From the NCBI GenBank assembly GCA_050015075.1, contig JBEKCB010000011.1, positions 32,001 to 96,000 on the forward strand: 64,000 nt of DNA, in the 5' to 3' direction. The notes beneath the pieces are model-generated. The model saw only the letters and a list, made by a program, of their open reading frames with translations, did no database searches and was not told where the DNA came from. The translations under genes were made by a program, and so were the position numbers. Each line of letters starts with the position of its first letter. Positions within the stretch are counted from its first letter, which is position 1. Source of the stretch: Candidatus Brocadiia bacterium. GTDB lineage: Bacteria; Planctomycetota; Brocadiia; CAIUPP01. Of this stretch, positions 8,829-18,173 are shown in pieces.

Positions 8829-10307
8829 TCAGTGCGCTTCCTGCACGTTGATCTTGAGGCGGTCCATCGCCTGCGCGAGACCGATGAATGAGGCGCAGGC
8901 GGCGGGGCCGTCCAGGGCGGTGGCGACCAGCTTGATGTGGGTGGCATCCACCACGTCGGCCGGCCGCGTGGCGTCGAAGGCGGTCCAGTCGTTGAGGAAC
9001 GCCTCGGTCCACATGTGGCCGAAGAACTGGCCCTTCGCGTAGGTGACGCCGACGGCCACGCGCGACGGGATTCCCGCCGCCCGCAGCAGCGCGGCGAGCA
9101 GCATGGCGTGCTCTTTGCAATCGCCCTCGCGCGAGAGCACCGTCTCCTTCGCCGAGGCGAAGCCGACGTTGTAATCCTTTTTCGTGATGTTCGTGAACAC
9201 CCACGCGGCGAGCTGTTTCGCCTTCACCGCCGGGGCGGCCGAGGGCGTGACGTTGTCGCGCGCGATGCGCCGGATGTCCGGGTCGTCGCTCTGCAGGTAC
9301 GCGGAGGCGGCCAGGTATTCCGGCCCGGGCCTCTCCGCCGAAAGTTCCGCCGCGTCGGGGAGCGCCTTCACCCGCAGCAGCACCCAGCCGGGACCCTGGC
9401 TCTCGACCTTCTGACGCCGGTCCTGGAAGTTCAACTGGGCGATGGCGCCTTCGATCCGGTAGAGCGCATCCTGGATCGCGGCCGGGTGATCGAACTTCAC
9501 GTTCGAGACGATCATGAAGCGTTTCGCCAGGTCCTCGATCTGGCCGGGCGAGTTCACCACGCTCACCGCCTCCGCGCGCGTGGCGCGGGTCGTCTCGACG
9601 CCGCCGATGATGTCCGTCACGCTCTTGAGCGTGTCGCCTTTCTCATCGAGCCAGACGTGCGTCACAACGCCCGGCAGCGCATCCATCACCGAGGCGGCCT
9701 TGTAGAGCTCGCGCGGCTGGCCCTCGATCATCACCGTCTCGCGGCCCTCGACCGTCATCGTCGCCGTGACGACTTTGTGGAGTTCGAGCATGTAGAGCTT
9801 GAACGTGAGGGCCTTGCCGATCGGGAAGCCCGACTCGCGCAGCTTGCGCGACTGGGCCTCGGGTCCGATTACCGCCGGGTCCCAGACGGATTCGCTGACG
9901 TGCGTTGTCCCGCCCGTATGCGTGGTCACGACCACCTTGGCGCCCTGGACTTTCGCCTCCGAGTCACTCACCATCGCGCCGGACTGGGAAGAGGTCGCGC
10001 GGAGCAGCGCCCCTTCGGGCGTCTCATAGTATTCCTCGGCCGTGCGGAAGGCGAGCGTCGCGCCGAAGCGTTTGATGCGCATCTCGCAGAAGGTCGAGGT
10101 GACGATCTCCGGTTCCGGCTCGGCGACCTGGCGCGTGATCGCGTGAGCGTAGCCGACCCGCGCGCCGGACATCGAGATGATGTCCCACGAGTCATGCATC
10201 GGCGGCTCGACCTTCTGCGCCGCGCACCCGATCGAGCAGACGAGCGCACCGAGCAGAAGAACCAGGGCCTGGGACCAGACGGCGGGGTTTCGGGATCGCA
10301 TGTTCAT
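8829..10307 (-). CDS. Exported transglutaminase-like domain protein (possible lipoprotein)
   Basis: GDCKEHA..LAALLRAAGIPSR, GHMWTE, FDAT give a Cys-His-Asp triad; hydrophobic leader ending SIGC. Confidence 0.85.
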   Translation of the reverse strand: MNMRSRNPAVWSQALVLLLGALVCSIGCAAQKVEPPMHDSWDIISMSGARVGYAHAITRQVAEPEPEIVTSTFCEMRIKRFGATLAFRTAEEYYETPEGALLRATSSQSGAMVSDSEAKVQGAKVVVTTHTGGTTHVSESVWDPAVIGPEAQSRKLRESGFPIGKALTFKLYMLELHKVVTATMTVEGRETVMIEGQPRELYKAASVMDALPGVVTHVWLDEKGDTLKSVTDIIGGVETTRATRAEAVSVVNSPGQIEDLAKRFMIVSNVKFDHPAAIQDALYRIEGAIAQLNFQDRRQKVESQGPGWVLLRVKALPDAAELSAERPGPEYLAASAYLQSDDPDIRRIARDNVTPSAAPAVKAKQLAAWVFTNITKKDYNVGFASAKETVLSREGDCKEHAMLLAALLRAAGIPSRVAVGVTYAKGQFFGHMWTEAFLNDWTAFDATRPADVVDATHIKLVATALDGPAACASFIGLAQAMDRLKINVQEAH

Positions 10308-10440
10308 AGTCTTTCCAAGTGGGATGGAATCACGAAACCGCAGACATCAGAATACAGCAATTCGTTTAATGTACTTTCCCGGAGATAACATGCACAACTC
10401 GAGCCCGCGTCATGTCGCGCGCAGTACGCTGCGCGCTCCG

Positions 10441-10535
10441 GCTGCTCGTAGTGGGCCCGTCAGGGCTTACGAAATAGCGCCTGACGGCGCCACTACAAGC
10501 AGCGCATGAGATTCCTCGCTGCGCTCGGAATGACC
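10441..10535. repeat. GTAG REP doublet copy 2 followed by a GAGATTCC..GGAATGAC palindrome
   Basis: gctgctcGTAGtgggcccgtcagggc...gcgcctgacggcgccaCTACaagcagc then gcatgagattcctcgctgcgctcggaatgacc (related copy 55309-55342). Confidence 0.85.
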
Positions 10536-10568
10536 AGAGATTACGCAAGCTGTTTCCGGGCCAGTACA

Positions 10569-11327
10569 CTAGCGTCCGTACTCCAGCCGGCCCGCCGCCT
10601 CTTTGCTGATCGGGCCGACGCGGTCCATCTTGGACATTGTCGTGTGGAAGGGGTACTCGACGCGTCGGTAGGTGATGCGGTTCCCGTCCACGAGCACGTA
10701 GCAGGCGCGGTTGTCGCCGTCGCGCGGCTGCCCGACCGAACCGACGTTGACGATAGCCTTCTGCCCGGGCGGCAGGTCGAACTCGGCGGCATTCTCGTCG
10801 GGATGGCGGAAGGTGATCTGCGGGTCAATGATTCCCGGATAATGTGTGTGGCCCACGAACAGCAGGCGCGGCGTCAGCTCGAAAATCTGCCGGATCTTGT
10901 CGGCCATGCCGAAGAGGATGTCGCTCTCGAGGATGTATTCGTTGCGGTCGTCGCGCGGCGAGCCGTGGACGTAGAAGAGGTCGCCTTCGGTGATGCGCGT
11001 CGGGAGCAATTCCAGGAACCGCCAGCGCGCCTTCTTGCGTCCGCTCGAAAGCGCCGCCGGTTTGAGGACGCCGCGCGTGTAATCCACCGCCTCCTCGGCG
11101 AGCGGGTTGAACCGGTCCGCGTGGGTCAGCACCGCGTAGTCGTGGTTGCCCGAGAGGCAGAAACGGCACGACTTCTCGATCAGGTCAATGCACTCTTCCG
11201 GGTTCGGGCCGTAGCCGACGATGTCGCCCAGGCAAAGGATTTCTTCGGCGCCCTGTTCCTGGATGTCCGCAAGCACCGCCTGGAGCGCCTCGATATTGCT
11301 GTGGACGTCGCTGATGATCGCCCGCAT
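10569..11327 (-). CDS. Metallophosphoesterase (calcineurin-like)
   Basis: SDVHSN, LGDIVGYG, GNHD, HGSP, GHTH, NVGSVGQPRDG. Confidence 0.92.
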   Translation of the reverse strand: MRAIISDVHSNIEALQAVLADIQEQGAEEILCLGDIVGYGPNPEECIDLIEKSCRFCLSGNHDYAVLTHADRFNPLAEEAVDYTRGVLKPAALSSGRKKARWRFLELLPTRITEGDLFYVHGSPRDDRNEYILESDILFGMADKIRQIFELTPRLLFVGHTHYPGIIDPQITFRHPDENAAEFDLPPGQKAIVNVGSVGQPRDGDNRACYVLVDGNRITYRRVEYPFHTTMSKMDRVGPISKEAAGRLEYGR

Positions 11328-11561
11328 CAATCCCTCTCGTCCGGGATACCGCCGAAGTGAATTCATCGCACGCCGGCGTCGCTCGCCGCGAATGCAGCCG
11401 GATTCAGCCGCCGGGCCTTCGCCGCCGGGCGCAGGCGCAATTCTATCAGCCCCCGGAACGGCCTGTCAAAGATTGCTTTTGCCCGGCTGGGAATATAGAC
11501 TGCTCCGCGTCAAGCGGATGGTTCTGCTCTCGATATTCATTATTCGCCGCGCGAGGACCCG

Positions 11562-12098
11562 ATGCGGATTCTGGGCATTGATCCGGGCACGCGGATCGTC
11601 GGCTACGGGCTGGTGGAGCCGCAGGGCAACCGGATTATCGCCATCGCTTTCGGCGCCATCCGCGCCCCGACGAGCGTGCCATATGCCGAGCGGCTGCTGC
11701 GCATCCGCGATGAAATCGTCCGCGTCATACGACAGGAGAAGCCCGACGCCGTCGCGATCGAGGAAGCGTTCTACGGCAAGAGCGCCTCGTCCGCGCTGCG
11801 CATGGGCGAAGGCCGCGGCATGGCGCTGGTCGCCGTCGCGCAGGAGTCGCGCCCGCTATTCCAGTACACGCCCGCCGAGGTCAAGAAAGCCGTCGTCGGC
11901 AACGGCCGCGCGCACAAGTCGCAGGTCCAGCAGATGGTCCGCATGATCCTCGGCCTGCGCGAAGTGCCCGAGCCCGAAGACGCCGCCGACGCGCTGGCGG
12001 TGGCCATCTGTCATTGTAATCGGGCGCGATTCGAGGGCGCAGGCTTGGCTGGATCATTCAACGCGAAGAAATCGGTGATTGGGAAATTGGGAGATTAG
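11562..12098 (+). CDS. ruvC: Holliday junction resolvase RuvC
   Basis: ILGIDPG, AIEEAF, YTPAEVKKAVVGNGRA.K.QV, DAADALAVAICH. Confidence 0.96.
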   Translation: MRILGIDPGTRIVGYGLVEPQGNRIIAIAFGAIRAPTSVPYAERLLRIRDEIVRVIRQEKPDAVAIEEAFYGKSASSALRMGEGRGMALVAVAQESRPLFQYTPAEVKKAVVGNGRAHKSQVQQMVRMILGLREVPEPEDAADALAVAICHCNRARFEGAGLAGSFNAKKSVIGKLGD

Positions 12099-12195
12099 GA
12101 GATTGGTAAATCAGGCAATTGGGAAATGGGCTTCGGGAAGCCGCCAGCCTGATTTCCGAATTTCCTAATCACCCAGTCTCCTAATTTCCCAATCA
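12076..12195. repeat. Octamer-built hairpin (TTGGGAAA/TTAGGAGA units) overlapping the ruvC and holA stops
   Basis: tgattgggaaattgggagattaggagattggtaaatcaggcaattgggaaa ... cctgatttccgaatttcctaatcacccagtctcctaatttcccaatca. Confidence 0.85.
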
Positions 12196-13233
12196 ATGCC
12201 CGGCGCAAAGTTTCAACACCAGCCGCTCCAGAATCCAGGTGTCGCGTCCGCCGCCGGTCTTGCAATCCACGTCCGCCCTGAGCACCTGGTGCAGCATGTC
12301 CTTCAGCTCGGGGATGGCCAGGCCCCGCTTCTCGCGGAGCAGTTTGCCGATGAGCCACGGCTGCGCGCCGGCGCGGCGGGCGATTTCGTCCTCCTTCAGG
12401 CCCTGCCGGGCGAGCTGCTTGATGACGATCAGCCGGCGGATGTTGCGCCCGATCGGGACCAGCAGCCCTTGCGGACTGTCGCCGTCGCGGATGAGCCGAT
12501 CGAGCGCGCGCAGCGCCTGCGGCGTCTTTCGATCGAGGATCATCTCGGCCAATTCCCAGGCCAGCCAGAGGCGGTCGCCGCCGCACAGGTCCGCTACGTC
12601 CTTCTCGGTGATGCGCGGCCGTTCTTTGCAGCAGGCGATCAGGTTCCGGATTTGCCCGTCCATCTGGCCGAGGTTCGTCCCGATCCGGTCGGCCAGGAGC
12701 GCGGCCGCATTCGACTCCATCGGCTTGCCGAGCGCGCGCGCCCGCTGGACGCACCAGCCGGCGAGCGCTTTCTGAGGGACGACCGGACATTGCACCGTCG
12801 TGATTTTGCGGAGCACGCGCGCTTTGTCCTGCGCGGCCGCTTTCGGCGGTTCCTTCTTCGGCTTCTTCGACGGCTTCCGCGCGGACTTGCGCGCCTCGCC
12901 GGCGACCAGCACGAGCGTCGTCCGGGGCGACGGCTGCTCGACGTAGCGCAGCAGCGGCGCGGGCGCCCGGTCGAGGAGCAGCGCGGCGTTCTCGATGAGC
13001 ACCAGCCGCCGCGGCGCGAAGAGCGACGGCGTACGGAGGTCGTCGAGCAGCTTGAGCGGCTCGCCCTCGGCCGCGTCGAGTTCGAACGTGTCGCACGGCT
13101 CTTTCCCGAGCGCCGCCTTCTCGCGGAGCAGCCTGACCGCCTCGGTGCGCAGGAAATCCTCCGGGCCGGCGACGAGGTAAACCGGGTCGAGCTCGCCGCT
13201 CGCAAGATGTTTCGGCAGCTCCGAAAAATTCAT
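12193..13233 (-). CDS. holA: DNA polymerase III delta subunit
   Basis: PVYLVAGPEDFL, TPSLFAPRRLVLI, C-terminal D..CKTGG...LE.LVL. Confidence 0.88.
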   Translation of the reverse strand: MNFSELPKHLASGELDPVYLVAGPEDFLRTEAVRLLREKAALGKEPCDTFELDAAEGEPLKLLDDLRTPSLFAPRRLVLIENAALLLDRAPAPLLRYVEQPSPRTTLVLVAGEARKSARKPSKKPKKEPPKAAAQDKARVLRKITTVQCPVVPQKALAGWCVQRARALGKPMESNAAALLADRIGTNLGQMDGQIRNLIACCKERPRITEKDVADLCGGDRLWLAWELAEMILDRKTPQALRALDRLIRDGDSPQGLLVPIGRNIRRLIVIKQLARQGLKEDEIARRAGAQPWLIGKLLREKRGLAIPELKDMLHQVLRADVDCKTGGGRDTWILERLVLKLCAGH

Positions 13234-13380
13234 GTCTTACTCCGCCTCCGATCCGATGCGCCGGCCCGCGCTCTGCCACGCTAGATCGTATCGTGTGCGG
13301 CTGCTCCGGGCAAGTTGATCCGCCTCGCGCCCGGCATGAAGCAGTTGAATAGAGGCGCGCGAAGTTGCTAAAATACCGTT

Positions 13381-13656
13381 ATGAAGTTCGAAGAGGAAAA
13401 ACCGAAAAACCCGTCTGCCGGCGAGCGGCACGCCTTGCTCCTGGGCCTCGGCCTGGACGGCGACGGCCAGAAGCGCGTGACGGTGGGGAAAAATTTCCTC
13501 CTGGCCGGCGGCTCGGCGCCCACCCACGAGCGGATGCAGGAAAAGGCGATCAAGTTCAACGAGGAACTCGACCGGCGCCGCAAGCGCCTCGAGGACATCG
13601 AGCCGGCCGAGTTCCACGACATCGCCGATCATATCCGGATGCATGACGAGTCCTGA
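13381..13656 (+). CDS. Small conserved-looking hypothetical protein
   Basis: LLGLGLDGDGQKRVT..NFLL.GGS..THERMQEKAIKFNEEL; host-like codon usage; promoter TTGAAT-N18-TAAAAT 6 nt before the ATG. Confidence 0.75.
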   Translation: MKFEEEKPKNPSAGERHALLLGLGLDGDGQKRVTVGKNFLLAGGSAPTHERMQEKAIKFNEELDRRRKRLEDIEPAEFHDIADHIRMHDES

Positions 13657-13738
13657 TTGGGAAATTGGGAGACTGGGAAATTGGGCTTCGGGAAAAGCGC
13701 CAGTCCTGATCTCCCAATTACCCAATCGCCGAATCTCC
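13655..13738. repeat. Octamer-built hairpin (same family as 12076-12195) at the 5' end of cutA
   Basis: gattgggaaattgggagactgggaaattggg ... cctgatctcccaattacccaatcgccgaatctcc. Confidence 0.8.
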
Positions 13739-14058
13739 ACCCCGACCTCTGCGTCGTCCTCGTGACGGTCGGCAAGCGCGACGAGGCCGAGAAGATCGGC
13801 TCGGCGCTCGTCGAGGAGAAGCTCGCCGCCTGCTGCAACCTCGTCGGGCCGATCCGCTCCATCTATCGCTGGAAGGGGGAAATCTGCCGCGACGAGGAGA
13901 CGCTCCTGATCCTCAAGACGCGGCGCGAGGGGTTCGAGAAACTCCGCGCGCGGGTCATCGCCCTTCACAGTTACACCGTCCCGGAGATCGTCGCCATCCC
14001 GATCGTCGCAGGGCATGCGCCGTACCTCGACTGGGTCCGCGACGAGACCCTCGGATGA
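13657..14058 (+). CDS. cutA: Divalent-cation tolerance protein CutA (start uncertain)
   Basis: VVLVT...EAEKIG.ALVEEKLAAC.N....SIYRWKG.I..D.E....KT, HSYTVPEI, YLDW. Confidence 0.9.
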   Translation: MGNWETGKLGFGKSASPDLPITQSPNLHPDLCVVLVTVGKRDEAEKIGSALVEEKLAACCNLVGPIRSIYRWKGEICRDEETLLILKTRREGFEKLRARVIALHSYTVPEIVAIPIVAGHAPYLDWVRDETLG

Positions 14059-15071
14059 GCGGCATCGCGCGCATGACTCCCGAGGAGATCGAGCGCACGA
14101 TCGGGATCACGACGACGGTCCCGGTCGAGGCGATCTTCGCCGCCGGGCTGCGCCCGCTCGATCTCAACAACGTCTTCATCACCTCCGGCATCGCGCCCGA
14201 ACTCGTCGAGGAGGCCGAGCGGAGCGGCTTCCCGCGCAATTCCTGCTCGTGGAACAAGGGCCTCTTCTCCACCGCGCGCCGGCTGGGGCTGAAGCGGATT
14301 GCCGCGGTCGTCCAGGGCGACTGCGCGAACACGCACGCGCTCGTCGAGATGCTGCGCGCGGACTCGGTCGAGATCGTCCCGTTCGCGTTTCCGTATTCGC
14401 CGGCGGATTCGGCGCTGCTGGAACTGGCGCTCGACCGCTTCGCCGCGGCGCTGGGCGCCACGCGGCAGGAGGCGGAGGACTGGAAAGCGCCGCTGGACCG
14501 CGCGCGCTCGCTGGCCCACCGGATGGACGAATTGAACTGGCGCGAGAACCGCGCCACCGGAGCGGAGCAGCATCTCTGGACGATCTCGTGCAGCGATTTC
14601 TTCGGCGACCCGGAGCGCTACGCCGCGCGCGCGTCGGAGCGGATCGCCGAGTGCGCGGCGCGGCCGCCGGACGAACGATCCGTTCGCCTGGGGCTCATGG
14701 GCGTCCCGCCGATCTGCGACGGATTCTTCGAGCTGCTCGAATCGCACGGCGCGCGCGTGGTCTTCAACGAGATCCCGCGCCAGTTCGCCATGCCGGGCCC
14801 GACGCGCTCGCTCGTCGAGCAGTACTCGCGCTACACCTATCCGTACGACATCTTCCACCGCCTGGCCGACATCCGCGAACAGCTCGCGCTGCGGCGCGTG
14901 CGGGGCCTGATCCACTACGTGCAGAGCTTCTGCTTCCGGCAGGTGCAGGACGCGATCGTGCGCCGCGAGTTGCGGCTGCCGATCCTCACGCTCGAGTGCG
15001 ACCGCCCCGGCCCGCCCGACATGCGCACGCAGACGCGGATCGAGGCGTTCCTGGAGATGCTCGGCGGCTGA
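14055..15071 (+). CDS. 2-hydroxyacyl-CoA dehydratase D-component family protein
   Basis: GITTTVPVE.IFAAG, GFPRNSCSW.KG, GDC, HYVQSFCFR, PILTLECD...TRIEAFLEML. Confidence 0.85.
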   Translation: MSGIARMTPEEIERTIGITTTVPVEAIFAAGLRPLDLNNVFITSGIAPELVEEAERSGFPRNSCSWNKGLFSTARRLGLKRIAAVVQGDCANTHALVEMLRADSVEIVPFAFPYSPADSALLELALDRFAAALGATRQEAEDWKAPLDRARSLAHRMDELNWRENRATGAEQHLWTISCSDFFGDPERYAARASERIAECAARPPDERSVRLGLMGVPPICDGFFELLESHGARVVFNEIPRQFAMPGPTRSLVEQYSRYTYPYDIFHRLADIREQLALRRVRGLIHYVQSFCFRQVQDAIVRRELRLPILTLECDRPGPPDMRTQTRIEAFLEMLGG

Positions 15072-15083
15072 TACGACTTCTTC

Positions 15084-15160
15084 ACCACCAAGACACGAAG
15101 GCACCAAGAACGGAAAGCGGGACACAGTCTCAGAAATTTTGTTCTTGGTGCCTTGGTGGT
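15084..15160. repeat. Nonamer-built hairpin (ACCAAGACAC/GGCACCAAG type)
   Basis: accaccaagacacgaaggcaccaag ... cttggtgccttggtggt; related to 20101-20250. Confidence 0.75.
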
Positions 15161-15194
15161 TAAAGAACGGTTCAAACAATGAAGGACGCGGAGG

Positions 15195-15983
15195 ATGTTC
15201 GGATTCCTAAAGGGACGCCGGCGGAAAGAGCTGAAGGCCGCTCCATTTCCGGCCGAATGGCGGGAGATCATCGAGAGGAACATGGCGCTCTATCGGCGCC
15301 TGCCCGAAGCGGACCGGCGCGAGTTGCTCGGTCACGTCCAGGTGTTCGTCGCGGAGAAACCGTTCGAGGGATGCGGCGGGCTCGCGATCACCGATGAGAT
15401 CCGCGTGACCGTCGCCGCGCAGGCCTGCCTGCTGCTGTTGCATCGCCAGACCGATTACTTCCCGCGCCTGTACTCGATCGTCGTCTACCCGACCAGCTTC
15501 GTCGCCAAGACGATCAAGCAGGAAGGGCCCGGCATGATCGCCGAGGGCCCGGTAGCGCGGCTCGGCGAGACCTGGCTTCGCGGGCCGCTGGTGCTTTCGT
15601 GGGACGACGTGCTCGCTGACGCGTCGGGCTCGCGGACCGGGTCGAACGTCGTCCTCCACGAGTTCGCGCACGAACTGGACGACGAGGACGGCGAGGCGAA
15701 CGGCGCGCCGGCGCTCGAACGCGGCCAGAGTTACGCCGACTGGGCGCGCGTGCTCGGCGCGGCCTACGAGCGGCTCCGGCGCGACGTCGAGCGCGGCCGG
15801 GAGTCGGTCCTCGACGACTACGGCGCCGAAAATCCCGCCGAGTTTTTCGCCGTCGCGACGGAGTGTTTCTTTGAGATGCCCGTGGACCTGCGAATCCAGC
15901 AGCCGGAGCTTTACGAGAAGCTTGAGGAGTTCTATCAGCAGGATCCGGCGACTTGGAAAGAGACGATGGACGATGGACGATAG
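15195..15983 (+). CDS. M90 family zinc peptidase (MtfA-like)
   Basis: NVVLHEFAHELD, YGAENPAEFFAVATECFFE.P, YQQDP. Confidence 0.9.
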   Translation: MFGFLKGRRRKELKAAPFPAEWREIIERNMALYRRLPEADRRELLGHVQVFVAEKPFEGCGGLAITDEIRVTVAAQACLLLLHRQTDYFPRLYSIVVYPTSFVAKTIKQEGPGMIAEGPVARLGETWLRGPLVLSWDDVLADASGSRTGSNVVLHEFAHELDDEDGEANGAPALERGQSYADWARVLGAAYERLRRDVERGRESVLDDYGAENPAEFFAVATECFFEMPVDLRIQQPELYEKLEEFYQQDPATWKETMDDGR

Positions 15984-16090
15984 ACGACCGACGATGGACG
16001 ATAGACGATGGAGGATGCCACCCGGTGCAGAGCAGCACATGCCCCGCGGCTGGCGATCATCCATCGTCTATCGTCCGTCGTCTATCGTCA
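15962..16090. repeat. GACGAT(G/A) heptamer-built hairpin between convergent genes
   Basis: gacgatggacgatggacgatagacgaccgacgatggacgatagacgatgga ... ccatcgtctatcgtccgtcgtctatcgtc. Confidence 0.85.
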
Positions 16091-17797
16091 CCTCGCGCCT
16101 TTCCCTTTCGGCGGCGTGGCGCGCGCGTTGAGCACGTTCGATTTCTCTAGCCATCCTCGCTGCGCCGTGGCGACGCCGTAGCGCATCAGTTGCAGGTCCT
16201 CGGTGCTGTGCGCGTCGGTGTTGATGACGACCTGGACGCCCAGTTCCTTCGCGCGGCGGCACGCCTGGTCGGTGAGGTCCAACCGCAGCGGGTTCGCGTT
16301 CAGCTCGATGGCCGTCCCATTCCGCGCTGCGGCCTTGAGCACCGCCTCGACGTCCACCGCGTACCCCTCGCGCCGGCCGAGCAGCCGGCCGGTCAAGTGG
16401 CCGATGCAGTCCACGTTCGGGTTGGCGACCGCCTTGAGAATCCGCTGCGTCATCTTCTCCTTGTCCTGCCGGAAGGCGCTGTGGACGGAGGCAATGACGA
16501 AATCGAGCTTGGCCAGCGCCGAGTCGGGCAGGTCGAGCGTGCCGTCGGCGCGGATATCCATCTCCGTCCCGGTCAGCAGCGTGATGTCGCGGAGTTTTTT
16601 CGCCGCGGCGCGCACCGCGGCGACCTCTTTCATGAGGCCGTCCACGTCGAGCCCGCCGAAGATCTTGAGCGCGCGTGTGTGGTCCGAGATCACGATGTAC
16701 TTGCGCCCGAGCGCCCGGGCGGCGCGCGCCATTTCCTCGATCGTGTTGCGCCCGTCGCTCCATTTCGTGTGGACGTGCAGGTCGCCGCGGATGTCGCCCA
16801 ACTCGATCAGCCTCGGCAGCGCGCCTTTCTGCGCGGCCTCGATTTCGCCGCGGTCCTCGCGCAGTTCGGGCGGGATCAGCGGCAGCTTCAGCGCGCGGTA
16901 AACTTCCTCTTCCGTCCGCCCGGCGATGCGCCGGTTGCCCTTGAAGATGCCGTATTCGCTCAACTTGAGCCCGCGCTCGCGCGCCATCGCGCGGAGGCGG
17001 ATGTTGTGCGCCTTCGAGCCGGTGAAGTACTGGAGCGCCGCGCCGAACGCCTCCGGCGGCACCACGCGCAGGTCCACCTGCACGCCGGACTCCATCACGA
17101 TGCTCGCCTTCGTGCCGCCCGCGCCGAGGATGCGCCGGACCTCGGGCAGTTTCGTGAATGCGCCGATGATCTTGCTGGAGGCGGCGCCCGCTCCCGCGGC
17201 GAGGATGTCAATATCGCCGATCGTCTCGCACATGCGCCTGAGACTTCCGGCGGCGAGCGCGCCCCGGACGCCGCGCTCTTCGAGCTGTGCGACGATTTTC
17301 TCGGCGAGCGGCAGCGCCTCGCCGAGCAGCATCCGCCGCGAACTGGCCTTGGCGAACTTGATCGCTCCCAGAAAGCCCGCCGCCTTTTTCGCGCCGATGC
17401 CCGGCACCCCGGCGAGCTTTCCGGTGCGCGCGGCCTCGGTGAATTCCCTGAGCGTGTTGATCCCGAGTTTCTCGTGGACCTGCGCCGCCGTCCGCGGCCC
17501 GACGCCGGGGATCTCCATCATCCGGAGAACGCCGGGCGGGACGGCTTTCAGGACCTCGGTGAGTTTCTCGATCTTGCCGGTCGTCAGCGCCTGGACGATT
17601 TTCTTCTCGATACTCTCGCCGATGCCGGGAAGTTCCTTCAGCCGATTCTCGCGAACGAGCGTCGCGACATCCTCCGTCTGGTCGCGCAAGACGCGCGCGG
17701 CCCTGCGGTAGGCGCTCAGCTTGAACGGGTTCTCGCCCTTGAATTCGAGAAGATTGGCCAGCGTTTCGAGCATTCCTGCGATTTCGTCGTTGCGCAT
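16088..17797 (-). CDS. polX: DNA polymerase X / PHP 3'-5' exonuclease
   Basis: GENPFK..AYRRAA, AGSLRR..ETIGDIDIL, QVDLR, YFTGSKAHN; PHP motifs DLHVHT..SDG, SDH, NTDAH. Confidence 0.95.
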   Translation of the reverse strand: MRNDEIAGMLETLANLLEFKGENPFKLSAYRRAARVLRDQTEDVATLVRENRLKELPGIGESIEKKIVQALTTGKIEKLTEVLKAVPPGVLRMMEIPGVGPRTAAQVHEKLGINTLREFTEAARTGKLAGVPGIGAKKAAGFLGAIKFAKASSRRMLLGEALPLAEKIVAQLEERGVRGALAAGSLRRMCETIGDIDILAAGAGAASSKIIGAFTKLPEVRRILGAGGTKASIVMESGVQVDLRVVPPEAFGAALQYFTGSKAHNIRLRAMARERGLKLSEYGIFKGNRRIAGRTEEEVYRALKLPLIPPELREDRGEIEAAQKGALPRLIELGDIRGDLHVHTKWSDGRNTIEEMARAARALGRKYIVISDHTRALKIFGGLDVDGLMKEVAAVRAAAKKLRDITLLTGTEMDIRADGTLDLPDSALAKLDFVIASVHSAFRQDKEKMTQRILKAVANPNVDCIGHLTGRLLGRREGYAVDVEAVLKAAARNGTAIELNANPLRLDLTDQACRRAKELGVQVVINTDAHSTEDLQLMRYGVATAQRGWLEKSNVLNARATPPKGKGAR

Positions 17798-17928
17798 CGT
17801 GTGCCCCTGTCTTTCGTGACACCTGGATATCTTGCCCGCTGAAGCGCCCGCCCCGTTTCCATCGTACATCGGCCGCTCAAACGAAGCAAGGAAAGCAAAT
17901 GAATTGCCACATGCTGAGAATTTTCTTA

Positions 17929-17957
17929 TTGACGAAGGCGACGTATGTCGGTATAAT
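17929..17957 (+). promoter_or_regulatory. Near-consensus sigma70 promoter upstream of the rny leader
   Basis: TTGACG-N17-TATAAT. Confidence 0.8.
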
Positions 17958-18032
17958 GCAAGAGCTTTTGCGGATTGTCAGTTCATAACGCGGTCGGAGT
18001 GCGTGGCTGCGTGCGGGCTGGTCCGCGCAGGC

Positions 18033-18173
18033 GGGAGGAAGAGAGTCTGAGATCGTGTTCTCCCGTGGGCGAGTTTGAGCGTTTTGTGGAATCGGCAAAA
18101 TGAGCCTTCTGTCTGAACAGGTCGGCAGGCGGGCGTCGCCGGGGGTCGGCAAGGTCTCTGCGATCTTCCTCCT
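18033..18173 (+). ncRNA. Putative structured RNA (6S-like candidate) upstream of rny
   Basis: Nested pairings ggaggaaga/tcttcctcc, gagatc/ggtctc, ctcccg/cggggg, ggcga/tcgcc, closing on two internal hairpins. Confidence 0.4.

Noticed and set aside
15962-16090. Repeat tracts as possible CRISPR or other guide arrays
   Set aside because: Units are 6-9 nt, directly tandem and inverted, with no repeat-spacer periodicity and no cas genes.
16088-17797. PolX as an inactivated or defence-associated variant
   Set aside because: The DxD and third Asp plus the PHP metal ligands are intact, and the context is housekeeping.
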